Positions 1 to 11,042 are shown, counted from the first letter of the stretch. The stretch: 64,000 bases of DNA from Longimicrobiales bacterium (GCA_965238005.1 OZ250165.1:3168001-3232000); one strand, 5' to 3'. Translations and numbers: made by a program. The notes: generated by a model from the sequence alone, not told the origin.

Positions 1-1
1 G

Positions 2-775
2 GCTCGCTTCTTGGGTGAGGTCCCGGTCTTCAACGCCATAGCGGAGATCCCCGGAACCGCCCAGCCCGAGGAGTACGTGATCCTGGGAGGTCACTACGAC
101 TCTTGGGACGGCGGCTCGGGGACCTTGGACAACGGTACCGGCGCGGTCGTCATCATGGAGGCGATGCGCATCTTACAGAGCGTCGTCCCCCGCCCTCGCC
201 GGACGATCATCGGCGCCCTATGGAACGGTGAGGAGCAGGGCCTGAACGGCTCACGCGCCTTCGTCGAGGACCACCCCGAGATCCTCGAGAGCACCCACAC
301 CGTGTTCAACGTGGACCACGGGACGGGACCGGTCACATTCATCCCCATGCAGGGGTTCGCTCAGGCCGGAGGATATTTCGGTGAGTGGCTCGCTCACGTG
401 CCCAACGAGCTGGCGGACCAGGTGACGCTCGAGATTCCCGGGACTCCCGAGTCGGGAGGGACGGATCACGCCTCATTCGTCTGCGCCGGCGTGCCGGCCT
501 TCAGCTTCCACGTGGGTGCCGGTCGAAGGGAGGGCCTCGCCATGGGCACCAACCGGTGGGACACCAGCGTCTACACGTGGCACACCAACCGCGACACCTT
601 CGACAAGATCATCTTCGACGACCTGCGGGATGACGCGGTGATGACCGCCATGCTGGTCTATCTGGCGTCGGAAGACCCGGAGCGGATCCCCCGGGACCAG
701 CGGGCGCTGCCGGCGGGCTCACAGTGGCCGGACTGCCGCTCGCCGGCGCGGAGCTCGGAGGAGAGCAACCGGTAG
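2..775 (+). CDS. M28-family metallopeptidase (carboxypeptidase Q-like), 5'-truncated by the window edge
   Basis: Motifs GGHYDSWD, GTLDNGTG, NGEEQGLNGS, GGTDHASF and YTWHTNRDT; frame open from position 2. Confidence 0.85.
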   Translation, partial: ARFLGEVPVFNAIAEIPGTAQPEEYVILGGHYDSWDGGSGTLDNGTGAVVIMEAMRILQSVVPRPRRTIIGALWNGEEQGLNGSRAFVEDHPEILESTHTVFNVDHGTGPVTFIPMQGFAQAGGYFGEWLAHVPNELADQVTLEIPGTPESGGTDHASFVCAGVPAFSFHVGAGRREGLAMGTNRWDTSVYTWHTNRDTFDKIIFDDLRDDAVMTAMLVYLASEDPERIPRDQRALPAGSQWPDCRSPARSSEESNR

Positions 776-791
776 GCCTGCCGTCGACAGC

Positions 792-1128
792 TCGGAGCTG
801 GAGGACGGGACGCGCGTTTCCGCGGAAACGTCTCAGAAGCTGTCGTGCGATGCGAGCATGGTCCAGCTCACCGAAGCCCCGGACGGTTCCGTGCTCGACG
901 TCGGGCTGAAAACTCGGACGATTCCGCCAGCCCTCAGGCGGGCGCTGGAGTCCCGAGACCGTGGGTGCCGCTTCCCGGGCTGAGCCTGTCGAGGCACTCG
1001 TGCAGCAGAACCGGCTCCGGGGCGTCGAACCCGACTTCCTCACCAGCGCGGCCCGGTACAAGCGCGAGGACGACATACCCGCGGGCGTCTTCGCCCGCGC
1101 TCTCGAGGCTTTGGAGGGCGCAGCCTAG
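792..1128 (+). pseudogene. Relic of a DUF222/HNH endonuclease gene with the HNH core deleted
   Basis: Reads SELEDGTRVSAETSQKLSCDASMV..SVLDVGLKTRTIPPALRRALESRDRGCRFPG*, then a C-terminal tail (PVEALVQQNRLRGVEPD..ALEGAA*) in another frame; no start codon. Confidence 0.7.
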
Positions 1129-1250
1129 GACGGTGCGGATTCGGACCGTGTAGCCTCAGCCCCACCCCGCCGTTGACCGACCAGTCAGCATCCGTGAGCT
1201 TTTCGGTTGACGGAAACTGAGTCAAAAGCGATGCCGAGAGGTTCGATCTC

Positions 1251-3551
1251 GTGAGCATATGCTCGTCCGTTCCCCCATTTAGATCACGCTGGACCGGGCA
1301 CGCGAAGCAGCTCTCGACCCCGCCCTGGGCGCTCGCCCTGCTCGCCCATCTCGCCCTCCTCGCCCACCTCGCCCTCCAAGCCACCGCCATCGCCCTCCTC
1401 CTCGCCGCCACCGCACCACCCCTCTCCGCACAGCAGAGCAAGGAGATCTACCAGGTCCGAGCGGTGCGGGTGGATCAGGGGCCGAACATCGACGGGGTGA
1501 TGGACGATGCGGTGTGGGCCAGGGCAGCGCTCATCGACGAGTTCATCCAGCAGGAGCCCAACGAGGGCGCCCCGGCCACTGAGTGGACCGAGGTTCGCCT
1601 CCTGTATGACGGGAGCAACCTGTACGTGGGGGTCCGGGCGTTCGACTCCGATCCGGACGGGATCATCGCCACCGAGATGCGGCGCGATTCTCCCCGGATC
1701 CTGGACGAGGACAACTTCCAGATCATCCTCGACACGTTCGACGACTCGCGCTCGGGCTACATGTTCGTCACAAGCCCCCTCGGCGCGAAGCTCGAGCAGC
1801 AAATCTTCGAGGAGGGTGAGGGGCGTACATTCGGCCTCTCGTCGAACATCAACCGGGACTGGAACGGGGTCTGGCACGTCTCGACGCGGCGGACGCCGGA
1901 CGGTTGGACCGCCGAGATCGCAATCCCCATGGTCACGCTCCGCTTCCCGGCCACGGACCGGCAGGACTGGGGCGTCAACTTCATGCGGAACATCCGGCGC
2001 AAGAACGAGCAAGTGTTCTGGGCGCAGATTCCGAAGGCCTACAGTCTGACGCGGGTCAGCCTCGCCGGCAGCTTGAGGGATCTCCGGTCGCTGAACCGCG
2101 GGCTCGACCTTCGCATCAAGCCGTTCGCGGTCGGTGGAGGACGGAGGGTGTCGGAACACGGCGTCGTGGACAACTCCAGGCAGAGCGACATCGGCCTCGA
2201 CGTGAAGTACGGCCTCACAGCCGGGCTCAATCTCGACCTGACCCTCAACACCGACTTCGCCCAGGCCGAGGTGGACGACGAGCAGGTCAACCTCACCCGC
2301 TTCGCGCTGTTCTTCCCCGAGAAGCGCGAGTTCTTCCTGGAGAACGCCGGACAGTTCAACGTCGGCACCACGAACACCTTCCAGCGCATCGCCGACCTGT
2401 TCTTCAGCCGGCGGATTGGCCTGTCCGAGACCGGTGATGCCATCCCCATCATCGGCGGAGCCCGGCTGACCGGAAAGGTAGGCCGAAACAACATCGCCGT
2501 CATGGGCCTCCAGACCGACGACGCGTTCGGGCAACACGGCGAGAACTTCCTGGTGGCACGCTACAGCCGTGACATCTTCACACGCTCGAAAGTCGGTGCC
2601 ATCGTCATCAACAAGGAGTCGACGGGCGACGACCACTTCAACCGGACCTTCGGCGCCGACTTCGTGCTGGCCCCGCACCCGAACCTGGCGATGAACGGAT
2701 TCATCGCCAAGACATCGTCACCGGGCGTCTCGGAAGGGGACATGGGGGGGCACTTCCGGGCCGAGTGGCTCGACCAGTCCTGGAAGCTCCACCTCGAGTA
2801 TTCGCACCTCCAGGACAACTTCAATCCCGAGGTCGGCTTCGTACCGCGGCTCGGGATTCGAAAGACCAGGCTCCACCTCGAGTACAATCCGAGACCGGAG
2901 CGCTGGGGCATCCGGGTACTCCAGCCCATGGTCAACGTCACCTACACCACGGACCTGAACAACCGCCTCCTGACACGGCGTATTCACAGCATGATCGGGG
3001 CCCAGATGGACAACGGGGCCCGCCTCGTCATCTGGTACAACGACTACTACGAGCGGCTCGATGAGCCGTTCGCGCTGCGGCCCGACGTCGTCATCGCACC
3101 CAGTGCCTACAACTTCGCGGAGTGGCAGTTCTGGCTGACGAGTGATCCGTCCAGGAGGATCTACTCCGAGATTCAGTACAAGCCGCAGACCTTCTTCGAC
3201 GGCGACCGCACGGACGTGAGCCTCACCCTCGGACTACGGCTGACCGACCGGCTCTCGACGGAGGGGAAGTACTCGAGGAACGATGTCAACCTGCCTGCGG
3301 GTGACTTCGTCGCGGAGCTCGGATCGATACGCGTGGACTACGCGCTGTCGCCGAAGATGACGCTGCGCACGCTGACCCAGTACAACTCACTGACCGACCA
3401 GTGGAGCACGAGCGTGCGGTTCAACTACATCTATCGTCCGGGGAGCGACATCTACATCGTCTACGACGACGTACGTCGAGATCCCACCGGCCTCAGCGAG
3501 ATCCGGGACCGGCAGATCCTGGTGAAGTTCACGTATCTGCTTTCGCGGTAA
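1251..3551 (+). CDS. CBM9-like plus DUF5916 domain outer-membrane protein
   Basis: IDGVMDDAVW and FIQQEPNEG in the N-domain, NTDFAQAEVD and FFPEKREFFLE motifs, beta-barrel-like C-terminus ending VKFTYLLSR; start uncertain; ALLAHL microrepeat in the leader. Confidence 0.8.
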   Translation: MSICSSVPPFRSRWTGHAKQLSTPPWALALLAHLALLAHLALQATAIALLLAATAPPLSAQQSKEIYQVRAVRVDQGPNIDGVMDDAVWARAALIDEFIQQEPNEGAPATEWTEVRLLYDGSNLYVGVRAFDSDPDGIIATEMRRDSPRILDEDNFQIILDTFDDSRSGYMFVTSPLGAKLEQQIFEEGEGRTFGLSSNINRDWNGVWHVSTRRTPDGWTAEIAIPMVTLRFPATDRQDWGVNFMRNIRRKNEQVFWAQIPKAYSLTRVSLAGSLRDLRSLNRGLDLRIKPFAVGGGRRVSEHGVVDNSRQSDIGLDVKYGLTAGLNLDLTLNTDFAQAEVDDEQVNLTRFALFFPEKREFFLENAGQFNVGTTNTFQRIADLFFSRRIGLSETGDAIPIIGGARLTGKVGRNNIAVMGLQTDDAFGQHGENFLVARYSRDIFTRSKVGAIVINKESTGDDHFNRTFGADFVLAPHPNLAMNGFIAKTSSPGVSEGDMGGHFRAEWLDQSWKLHLEYSHLQDNFNPEVGFVPRLGIRKTRLHLEYNPRPERWGIRVLQPMVNVTYTTDLNNRLLTRRIHSMIGAQMDNGARLVIWYNDYYERLDEPFALRPDVVIAPSAYNFAEWQFWLTSDPSRRIYSEIQYKPQTFFDGDRTDVSLTLGLRLTDRLSTEGKYSRNDVNLPAGDFVAELGSIRVDYALSPKMTLRTLTQYNSLTDQWSTSVRFNYIYRPGSDIYIVYDDVRRDPTGLSEIRDRQILVKFTYLLSR

Positions 3552-3697
3552 TACCCAGCTCACGCCCGATCGGGTAGCGGCCTTCGAGGGCTGCGTTCAG
3601 CGGAGTCGGGCACCCAGCCCAACATGTTGCCCAGCATGTTGCGAATCCCTCGGATCCGCTCCACTCTAGCTTCACCTGGTCTCGTGCAGATATCTGC

Positions 3698-3893
3698 TGG
3701 CTGAGACAGTACTGGGCGAGCCTCGAGCCGTTCACCAAGGGGTTCTATAACCAACGACATGGAGGCCGATGTGACAGTCGCCGCGGTCAACACGAACTAC
3801 CGGGAGAACTACGCTCGGCTCGTCACCATCAAGAACAAGTACGACCCGACCAACCTGTTCCGACTGAACGCGAACGTGGAGCCCACGATTTGA
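3698..3893 (+). pseudogene. Orphan 3' tail (BBE domain) of an FAD-linked oxidoreductase
   Basis: WLRQYWASLEPFTKGFY / TNDMEAD..NYRENYARLVTIKNKYDPTNLFRLNANVEPTI*, with one extra A near 3749; directly alignable to the C-terminus of the intact paralog at 23627-25132. Confidence 0.85.
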
Positions 3894-3958
3894 GGCGCTC
3901 CCGCTTGGCGTCGAATTCGAGGCCTTCGACCTCGCTGCTGTTCACCTGGGAGGTACAC

Positions 3959-5128
3959 ATGCGGAGCGACATGCGGTTCACCCTGGTCTTCACCGTGCTC
4001 TTGGTCCTTGGGAGCCTCGCACCACTCGCGCCACTCGCGGCGCAAAGTGGACCGGCACGCACGAGCGCCGAACCGTTCAAAGTCGGGACTTTCGAGATCC
4101 GCGGCGTTCCGCAGGTGGGGATCGTCCTGCGGGACCGGCTGATCGTGGACCTCGTCGCGGCAAACACCACCCTCGAGACGAATCCGACCTACCCGAAGAT
4201 CCCGATGCCGGTAGACATGCTGGAGCTGATCGGCAGGTATGAATATGGCTTGCGGCCTCGGCTCTACGAGATCGTCAACGACCTGGTCGCCAATGACCGG
4301 CTCGCGGTGGATTCACGGCCCGACTTCGTGTACGAGGTCGAGGACCTCCGGACGCTTCCACCGATCATGTATCCCGGGAAGATCCTCAACGCGGCGGTCA
4401 ATTTTTACAGCCACGTCGAAGAGACCGGCACCCCCGAGGAGCGAGCGACTGCGCGAAGAGCGCGGCGTGAGAATCGTGGGGTGCCGTACCTCTTCCTCAA
4501 GCCGAGCAGGGGGGCCGTCATCGGCAATGGCGATGAGGTCGTGATTCCGTACGGTCGCGACCGCACCGACTGGGAGGTCGAGCTTGCAACGGTGATCGGC
4601 CGCACTGCCAAGTACGTAAGCGCGCCACAGGCGCAGGACTACATCTTCGGCTACATGGTCTCACTCGACATCTCGGATCGCGGTGGCCGTCCGCCCGGGG
4701 GGAATCCGCTGCGATCGGACTGGTTCGTCGGCAAGGGCCACGACACCTTCGCGCCCATGGGCCCGTGGATCGTGCCGAAGGAGTTCTACGGCGACCCGAT
4801 GGAGAACCTCAGGCAGACACTGAGCGTCGGCGACACGCAGATGCAGGAAGCGACGGCGGGTGACATGATTCACTCTCTCTACGAGGTGATCGAGTACGCC
4901 TCGTCGATCATCACCCTCTTTCCGGGCGACGTGATCAACAACGGGACCTCCGGCGGTGTGGGAATGGGCACGGCGGTCCGTGGAGAGCAGCGGTTCCTGC
5001 AGCCGGGCGAGGAGATCGTTGCCACGATCGATGGGATCGGAACGCTGCGGATCCCCGTGGTGGCCGAAGGGCCGCCACCCGCCGGCACCGGTGCCCGCTT
5101 GCCGCCGGTGCGCACCTACCGGGACTAA
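3959..5128 (+). CDS. Fumarylacetoacetate hydrolase family protein with signal peptide
   Basis: PYLFLKP, DWEVELA, DISDR, KGHDTFAPMGP and PGDVINNGT motifs; GGAGG RBS; N-terminal signal peptide. Confidence 0.88.
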   Translation: MRSDMRFTLVFTVLLVLGSLAPLAPLAAQSGPARTSAEPFKVGTFEIRGVPQVGIVLRDRLIVDLVAANTTLETNPTYPKIPMPVDMLELIGRYEYGLRPRLYEIVNDLVANDRLAVDSRPDFVYEVEDLRTLPPIMYPGKILNAAVNFYSHVEETGTPEERATARRARRENRGVPYLFLKPSRGAVIGNGDEVVIPYGRDRTDWEVELATVIGRTAKYVSAPQAQDYIFGYMVSLDISDRGGRPPGGNPLRSDWFVGKGHDTFAPMGPWIVPKEFYGDPMENLRQTLSVGDTQMQEATAGDMIHSLYEVIEYASSIITLFPGDVINNGTSGGVGMGTAVRGEQRFLQPGEEIVATIDGIGTLRIPVVAEGPPPAGTGARLPPVRTYRD

Positions 5129-6390
5129 ACCCCAGGGTATGGTTCCTCCAATCGTAACTCGGGACGCGCCTCGAGGAACGCCCGGACCCGGTCCTCCCGC
5201 CCAAGCGCCACCGGGATGAAGTCCAGCGCCTGCTCCAGCCGCTCGTCGGATGCGGCACAGCTGAACCGCAGGAAGCCCGCCCCCACGTCACCGAAGCACT
5301 CGCCTCCCAGACAGGCCACGCCGAACTGGTCGTCGGCCCCCTCCAGCAGGTAGAGGGCCAGGCCGTGGCTCGTGATTCCCATGCGATTACAGACGGCGGA
5401 CACGTTCGGGAAGACATAGAACGTGGCGCGAGGCTCGAGGGAGTGGAAGCCGTCGATCCGGTTTAGACCCTCGGTCAGTAGGCTCACCTTGCCGCGGAAC
5501 TTCTGCATCGTCGCGTCCCGCGCGGAGCTGTCGAGCTCCAGGGCCGCTTTGCCGGCCAGCTGCACGAAGGGCGGCGTGCAGGACAGCGTGGTGTTGATCA
5601 TTGTGCCCATGCGCTCGGCGGTGGTCGGCGAAGACACCGCGAAACCCAACCGCCACCCACCCATGCTGTACGACTTGCTGAACGTGTAGGCGGCCACGCC
5701 GTGGTCCAGCATGCCGGGCTCGGCCATCAGCGAGTGGTGCCGGCCCTTCCACACCATGTGGCAGTAAGGCTCGTCGCTGAACACGGCGATCTGTCTGCCC
5801 CGGATGAGGTCGGCGATGCACCGGAGGTCTTCTTCGGTCGCCACTCCGCCCGTCGGGTTGTGGGGCGAGTTGAGGAAGATCCCCTTCGGGGACGGATCAT
5901 CCGCGAGAAAGCGCTCGATCTCTGTGAGATCCGGGCGGAAGTCATTGGCCTGTCTGAGTGGCGCGAACACCGGACGTGCCCCGCGCCGTAGGATGTTCGG
6001 CACGTAGGTCGGGAAGTACGGACTGAAGACGAGCACGCCGTCGCCCGGGTTCAGAAACGCCTCGCAGAAGAACTGCTCGAAGACCTTCGCACCGGAACCG
6101 ACCACCACGTTTTCACCTTCTGCCGCGATGCCGAACTCGTCTCGGACGTATCGGGCCGCGGCCGCACGGAGCTCGGGAAGGCCCGGTGAAGCACAGTAGC
6201 GCGAGTGGTTGTTCTCGATCGCTTCGATCCCGGCGGCCTTGGCCGCAGGAGACGTGTTGAACGGGCTGTCTCCGATCTCCAGCTCGACGACATCCTTCCC
6301 CGTAGCCTGAAGTTCTTTCGCGACGGCCAGGACGGCGAACGCGGTCTCGGCCATGAGGGATTTTGCGAACGCGCTGAGTTCAACGGTCAC
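5125..6390 (-). CDS. PLP-dependent aminotransferase class I/II
   Basis: NSPHNPTG, SDEPY, FSKSYSMGGWRLG (PLP lysine) and LRFS motifs. Confidence 0.92.
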   Translation of the reverse strand: MTVELSAFAKSLMAETAFAVLAVAKELQATGKDVVELEIGDSPFNTSPAAKAAGIEAIENNHSRYCASPGLPELRAAAARYVRDEFGIAAEGENVVVGSGAKVFEQFFCEAFLNPGDGVLVFSPYFPTYVPNILRRGARPVFAPLRQANDFRPDLTEIERFLADDPSPKGIFLNSPHNPTGGVATEEDLRCIADLIRGRQIAVFSDEPYCHMVWKGRHHSLMAEPGMLDHGVAAYTFSKSYSMGGWRLGFAVSSPTTAERMGTMINTTLSCTPPFVQLAGKAALELDSSARDATMQKFRGKVSLLTEGLNRIDGFHSLEPRATFYVFPNVSAVCNRMGITSHGLALYLLEGADDQFGVACLGGECFGDVGAGFLRFSCAASDERLEQALDFIPVALGREDRVRAFLEARPELRLEEPYPGV

Positions 6391-6570
6391 GGTTGCGGCT
6401 CCTCGTCTGGATCGGATCGGTCATTATGGGCCGGTCTCTTTGAACTCGCGACTCCCGGCCCGTATCATGAACGCCGCCGATTGAAGCGATACCGGTAGCG
6501 AACGCGTCCCCGGGGACGGAGGCACCCCCACATGCGAGACCGACTCGACCGCATCCGTCACCCTACGAAG

Positions 6571-6675
6571 ATTCCGCAAACCGGGCCCGCCAATACGTGG
6601 GGCAGGGTGCTCAGTACCGCCGGCGGCCTCGTGTTCTTCGGGGATGACAGCGGCGCCTTCGCGGCGGCCGACTGA
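6571..6675 (+). pseudogene. Short fragment of a PQQ-dependent dehydrogenase
   Basis: Translates to IPQTGPANTWGRVLSTAGGLVFFGDDSGAFAAAD*, the typical late propeller blade of quinoprotein alcohol dehydrogenases; no start codon or remaining gene. Confidence 0.65.
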
Positions 6676-6895
6676 CTCGTATTCTGTTCGGCCTCCACCC
6701 ATAATACCCGAAACCCGGGTATTTGCCTGCCCCCAGTGGGGGTCAAGGCCAGGTGGTACCTGAGGGTTCAGATCCATCTTGGGGATTCGGACGGGATGGT
6801 TTACTTTTCGCGGGACGGGCTGATCTCACGTGTTCCGGCGACCGGAGGCGAGCCAGAAGCTGTGACGTCCCCGACGGGCGCAGCGAGGGCTACTG

Positions 6896-7213
6896 GTGGC
6901 GTACTACTTGGTTGAAGCAGTGGCTAAGGAAGACCTACTCCCAGAGCTTGCGGAGCGGCTGGAGAAAGACGAGTTCCTTCCCATGCACCCGTTCGGCGCC
7001 TCCGTCACATTCTCGCTGCGTGGCGCCCGCAGGCGCCCCGACGGCGGCGTGGTCTGGGAGGAAGAAGACTATTGTTCTCCACCACTCGCCCAGGAACGCC
7101 AGGCAGTACTCGACGAGTACTTTGAAGACCTTCGCGTCACACCCGTCCAAAGGCACGAGGGCTGGGCTCAGATCCGTGATCTGCCGCCACTCTTCCCTGA
7201 GTTGGGGGAGTAA
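6896..7213 (+). CDS. Conserved hypothetical protein
   Basis: 105-aa ORF with natural composition and a WEEEDYCSPPLAQER motif. Confidence 0.7.
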   Translation: MAYYLVEAVAKEDLLPELAERLEKDEFLPMHPFGASVTFSLRGARRRPDGGVVWEEEDYCSPPLAQERQAVLDEYFEDLRVTPVQRHEGWAQIRDLPPLFPELGE

Positions 7214-7358
7214 CGCGTAGCGGCGCCCCCCCTCATTGCATTTCGGCGGCCCGCAACGCGGCCTGACGTATCAGCTGGGCGAGACGGTCTTGTAGGCGGC
7301 GCATGGGACTCCCCTTGGTGGTGTGGACTGGCGGGCGACCCGCCCCGGACAAGGCCTC

Positions 7359-8774
7359 CTAGCGGATCACCTGCGGCTGGTCCGGGCTTTCGTCCCAGAA
7401 CTGAGCACTCGAGATGTTCGGCATCCCCCAGTCGTTCCCGTTCCAGCCCTGGAAGTGGTCCAGCCTGAACGCCCAGAATCCGGTGTTGAAGTCGCTCACC
7501 ACGATGAGCCCGTCCGCGTTCCGGATGTCCACTCCCCAGGCGCCGTCGTAGATGTTGCCCGTGGTGGCTTGGATCGGCCGGTCACCGTCCCCGTAGAGCA
7601 TGGGCCCCTGCCGCGTGTGGTAGTAGCCCACGGTGAATGGATGCGTGGGATCCGCCATGTTGACGATCTGGAGCCCATCGTCCTGAGCCGAGATGAAGAC
7701 GTACGGCCAACGGACCTCGTGGTTATGGGTCGAGCCCCCGAACTTGGCGATCCAGGCCCCGATCCCCGATCCCCTCACGATGTTCGGAGTCTGTCCCTCG
7801 GAGCCCGGCGGCCGTAGGTCGAAGAAGCGGACCGGCGAGTGCTGATAGGTGGGCTCGGGCATGCCGAGTCCATAACGGCCGTCGGGCGTGGGTGTGAAGG
7901 TGTGTCCGTTCTCGACGCCCGGGACGCCGGTGACCGAGGTGAGGAGCCGGGGGTTCTCAACGTCCGTCATGTCGAAGACGTGGAAGCCCCGGGTACCGGC
8001 GCCGTAGAAGCGGTCCTGCGCGGCGTCTGGAAGGAACCCGACGTACATGTCGTGCCACTGACGGCTGCGAGTCGCCGAGGGCTCGGGGACGGAGATCGCC
8101 GAGACCGGATCCAAATCGCCAGACGCCAGCTGAGCGATGTCGTATATGAAGGCGTCTTTAGACTGGGTGGTGGCCAACAGAAGTGAGCGGCCGTTGGAGT
8201 GCCTATAGGTGAAGATGTTGTGGAAGCCGCCCGGCAGGTCCGGGAGTCGGAGCTCCGCGACCTTGCACACGGTGGACCCGTCTGGAAGCCCGGTCACGTC
8301 GAAGACCATCGCTCCCAGATCGAAGTCCGGCCCACCCTGCCCGAATTGGCAGGACACGATCACGTAGTACCGGCCCTCCGCCTTGGCGTACTTGATGTCC
8401 ACGCATCCGGTGCCGAGATGGAGATCCGGATCGTCCACGATGTACCGGTAGAGGACCTTGGGATTCTCCTCATCCTCGATGCTGATCGCATAGAAGCCCG
8501 ACGCGCCGAAACGCTGTGCGATGTAGGTGAAGGGCCGATCCGTCTCCTGCTCGATCTCGATGTCGGCGTGGCTGAAGCGCTGCCCGGGCAGAGGAATGTG
8601 CGAGACGACCTCGATGTTGGGTGTCCCCGGCTGGCCCACCGGGTGCCCCGTCTCGGGTTGAATGCAGCTCGGATCGCCAAAGCACGTCACCTGCGCTTGC
8701 GCGCCGGAAGCCGTGAGGCCGGCGATCGCCGCCAGGGTGAGCGTGTACAGAACCGGCAGGGTTCGCTGGCGCAT
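7359..8774 (-). CDS. Secreted LVIVD-repeat beta-propeller protein
   Basis: Signal peptide ending AQA; FHNIF, WHDMYV, HNHEVRW and GAWGVD..LIVVSDFNTGFW blades. Confidence 0.75.
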   Translation of the reverse strand: MRQRTLPVLYTLTLAAIAGLTASGAQAQVTCFGDPSCIQPETGHPVGQPGTPNIEVVSHIPLPGQRFSHADIEIEQETDRPFTYIAQRFGASGFYAISIEDEENPKVLYRYIVDDPDLHLGTGCVDIKYAKAEGRYYVIVSCQFGQGGPDFDLGAMVFDVTGLPDGSTVCKVAELRLPDLPGGFHNIFTYRHSNGRSLLLATTQSKDAFIYDIAQLASGDLDPVSAISVPEPSATRSRQWHDMYVGFLPDAAQDRFYGAGTRGFHVFDMTDVENPRLLTSVTGVPGVENGHTFTPTPDGRYGLGMPEPTYQHSPVRFFDLRPPGSEGQTPNIVRGSGIGAWIAKFGGSTHNHEVRWPYVFISAQDDGLQIVNMADPTHPFTVGYYHTRQGPMLYGDGDRPIQATTGNIYDGAWGVDIRNADGLIVVSDFNTGFWAFRLDHFQGWNGNDWGMPNISSAQFWDESPDQPQVIR

Positions 8775-8903
8775 GATCACTCCTCGGTACTTGAAACCTT
8801 CAAAGGATGCGTTCAGGCGGGTGGTAGGTCGGACATGACCGCAAGATGCGACCAGGTCGCGTGGGGCCACAAGGTGGGACGGCGCCAGACGCGACCCGTC
8901 GGA

Positions 8904-10508
8904 TCAGCGCCCGGTGCTGGTCACCACTTCGGGTGGCACCCGCGCCTTGGTGGCCTGCTCGAAGTCGTAGGCGTAGGCCAGCAAGTCCGGCTCCGTCCAG
9001 GTATCCCCGATGAACGCTATGACGAACGGCGTGCCGTCGTCGTAGTACGCGAACGGAACCGTGACGACGGGCACGCCCAGCTGGTTGATGATGTTGCTGG
9101 GAAGCTCCGGATGATTGTTGGGGCTGTAGTCGGGGCGCTCCGGGTCCTCCACCAGGTCTCGGATGGGGGATCCCGCCTGGGGAAAGAACAGCCCGTCGAG
9201 GTTGAAAGCATCCAGGATGCCACGGAACCGGCGGCGGATCTGCTGCCTCCAGGCCTGGAAGGCGTCCCCCTCCTCGGTGGCGCTGGGCCGGGCCGGCGGA
9301 CGGTTGCCCCTACCCTCCCGGAACTCCTCGCCGGTCAGCGCCTCCCACTCACCCACGCTGTGGAACGCGGCGTCATCGCCCAGCCCCTGTAGATACACGA
9401 GCATGTCGTGGGCACCGACGGACGGCACGCGGGGCCGTTCATCGTAGAGCTCGATGAACTCGCTGCCCCTGAAGGGATCCTCAACCAGCTCGGCTCCCTG
9501 AGCGGTCAACTCGGCGATGGCCTGCCGGTAGATCTCCTCGGTCTCCGGCGCCAACGGTAGCCACGACTCGCGCCAGCCCGCCCCCACCAAACCGAACCGC
9601 TTGCCGGCTACCGCGGTGGTGCTCAACGCCGCCGCGTACCCCTCTTCCGGGATGTGACCCACGGCCGAGTAGGTGGCGAGGTCGTCGGGCGTGGGACCCG
9701 CCAGGACGTCCAGCGTGACCGCAGCGTCGTAGACGGTCTTGGCCAGCGGCCCGACGACGTCGATGTAGGTGGCGTTAACGGGAACCACGCCCTCCAGAGG
9801 CACGAGTCCGAAAGTGGACTTCACCCCTACGAGGGCCTGGGCAGCCGCGGGGTTCTGAATCGAGCCGCCGGTCTCCGTGCCCAAACCCAGGACCGCGAAG
9901 CTCGCGTTCACGGCGGTGGCGGTGCCGCCACTCGATCCTCCCGGGGTCTTGTCGACGTTGTAAGGATTGAGGGTCACGCCCGCCACGGAGCTCTTCGTGC
10001 GCGTCCCGTCTCCCGCGAAGTCGGGCATGTTCGTTTTGCCGAGAACGATTGCGCCGGCCTCCCGCAGTCGCTCCACCGCGGCGGCATCGTCCTCCGGGAT
10101 CATGTCGATTCCCCCGGCGGCAGTGCTGAATCCGGAGAAGCCGGCCGTGGTTACGAGCCCCGCGTAGTCAAGGTTGTCCTTGATGACCACCGGCACCCCG
10201 TGGAGCGGCCCGCGTGGTCCCGTCGACCGATACTCCTTGTCCAGGGCGTCCGCGATGGCGAGGGCATCGGGGTTGATAGAGATCATGGCGTTGTAGTGAT
10301 CTTCGTATAGGGCGATGCGCTCCAGGAACGCCCGTGTGAGATCCACGGCGGTATACTCACCCTCGGCGAGGCCGGCCTGGATCTGCTCGGCCGTGAGCTC
10401 CACGACGTCCACGGCGGCGCCGGGGGACGGAGCGATGACTCCTCCGCGGGACGAGCAGCCCCCGGAGAACCAGAGCAAGCACAGGATCGCGGTGACCCTG
10501 GGACGCAT
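8904..10508 (-). CDS. Amidase-signature family lipoprotein
   Basis: VVIKDN, PGGSSGG and GTETGGSIQNPAA catalytic motifs; lipobox-like SGGC. Confidence 0.9.
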   Translation of the reverse strand: MRPRVTAILCLLWFSGGCSSRGGVIAPSPGAAVDVVELTAEQIQAGLAEGEYTAVDLTRAFLERIALYEDHYNAMISINPDALAIADALDKEYRSTGPRGPLHGVPVVIKDNLDYAGLVTTAGFSGFSTAAGGIDMIPEDDAAAVERLREAGAIVLGKTNMPDFAGDGTRTKSSVAGVTLNPYNVDKTPGGSSGGTATAVNASFAVLGLGTETGGSIQNPAAAQALVGVKSTFGLVPLEGVVPVNATYIDVVGPLAKTVYDAAVTLDVLAGPTPDDLATYSAVGHIPEEGYAAALSTTAVAGKRFGLVGAGWRESWLPLAPETEEIYRQAIAELTAQGAELVEDPFRGSEFIELYDERPRVPSVGAHDMLVYLQGLGDDAAFHSVGEWEALTGEEFREGRGNRPPARPSATEEGDAFQAWRQQIRRRFRGILDAFNLDGLFFPQAGSPIRDLVEDPERPDYSPNNHPELPSNIINQLGVPVVTVPFAYYDDGTPFVIAFIGDTWTEPDLLAYAYDFEQATKARVPPEVVTSTGR

Positions 10509-11042
10509 GGATTCTGCCCCCATCAAACCCTTCTGGTGAATAGCGGTCGACCGGACGGTCGAGCCGGTTTCCGTCAGCCGTCACACCCTATCAGCTTGCG
10601 CCTGGGAGGCCAAGGGAGTGGGCCCAAGTCCCCGGGTAAGCCGGTCAACCGAATCTCGTATCCATGCGTCCAAGACCCAGGAGGACAGATCGTTCTTCGG
10701 TCCACCGCGTAGGAATTACAGCGGGATGACGACGGGATGACGACGAGGGGGGTAGAGATGGGGATGTCTACGGAGAGCTGGCCGAGCGGATCGCTCGGCG
10801 ATTCCGCGACCTGGGAGTCACCCCCGCAGACGTTCGCGTGGCCGTGGGGTGGACCTCGAAGGGGCCGGCAGAGGCCGGCGGCTCGACGAGCATGAAGGTT
10901 GCTCGGCTCGCGAACTTCTGGGACACCACACTAGGTTCCACCCTCATTCCGCGTGGAGCGCCTCCACCGGGGCCACCAGACTCGCTCGCCGCGCCGGTAG
11001 GTACGTGGCGAGTGACGTGACAAAGACGATGCCGGCCAGACG

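Noticed and set aside
960..1010. TGA in place of Cys in CRFPG-C of the HNH relic as a fourth Sec codon
   Set aside because: No in-frame continuation (the HNH core is deleted right there) and no C-GG hairpin at +21..+23.
6424..6790. tmRNA or other structured RNA in the long intergenic gap
   Set aside because: No tRNA-like ends or tag peptide; part of it is a PQQ dehydrogenase fragment.
10600..11030. Possible antitoxin/PIN toxin relic (ARRFRDLGVTPADV.., MKV..)
   Set aside because: Resemblance too weak to support without a search.
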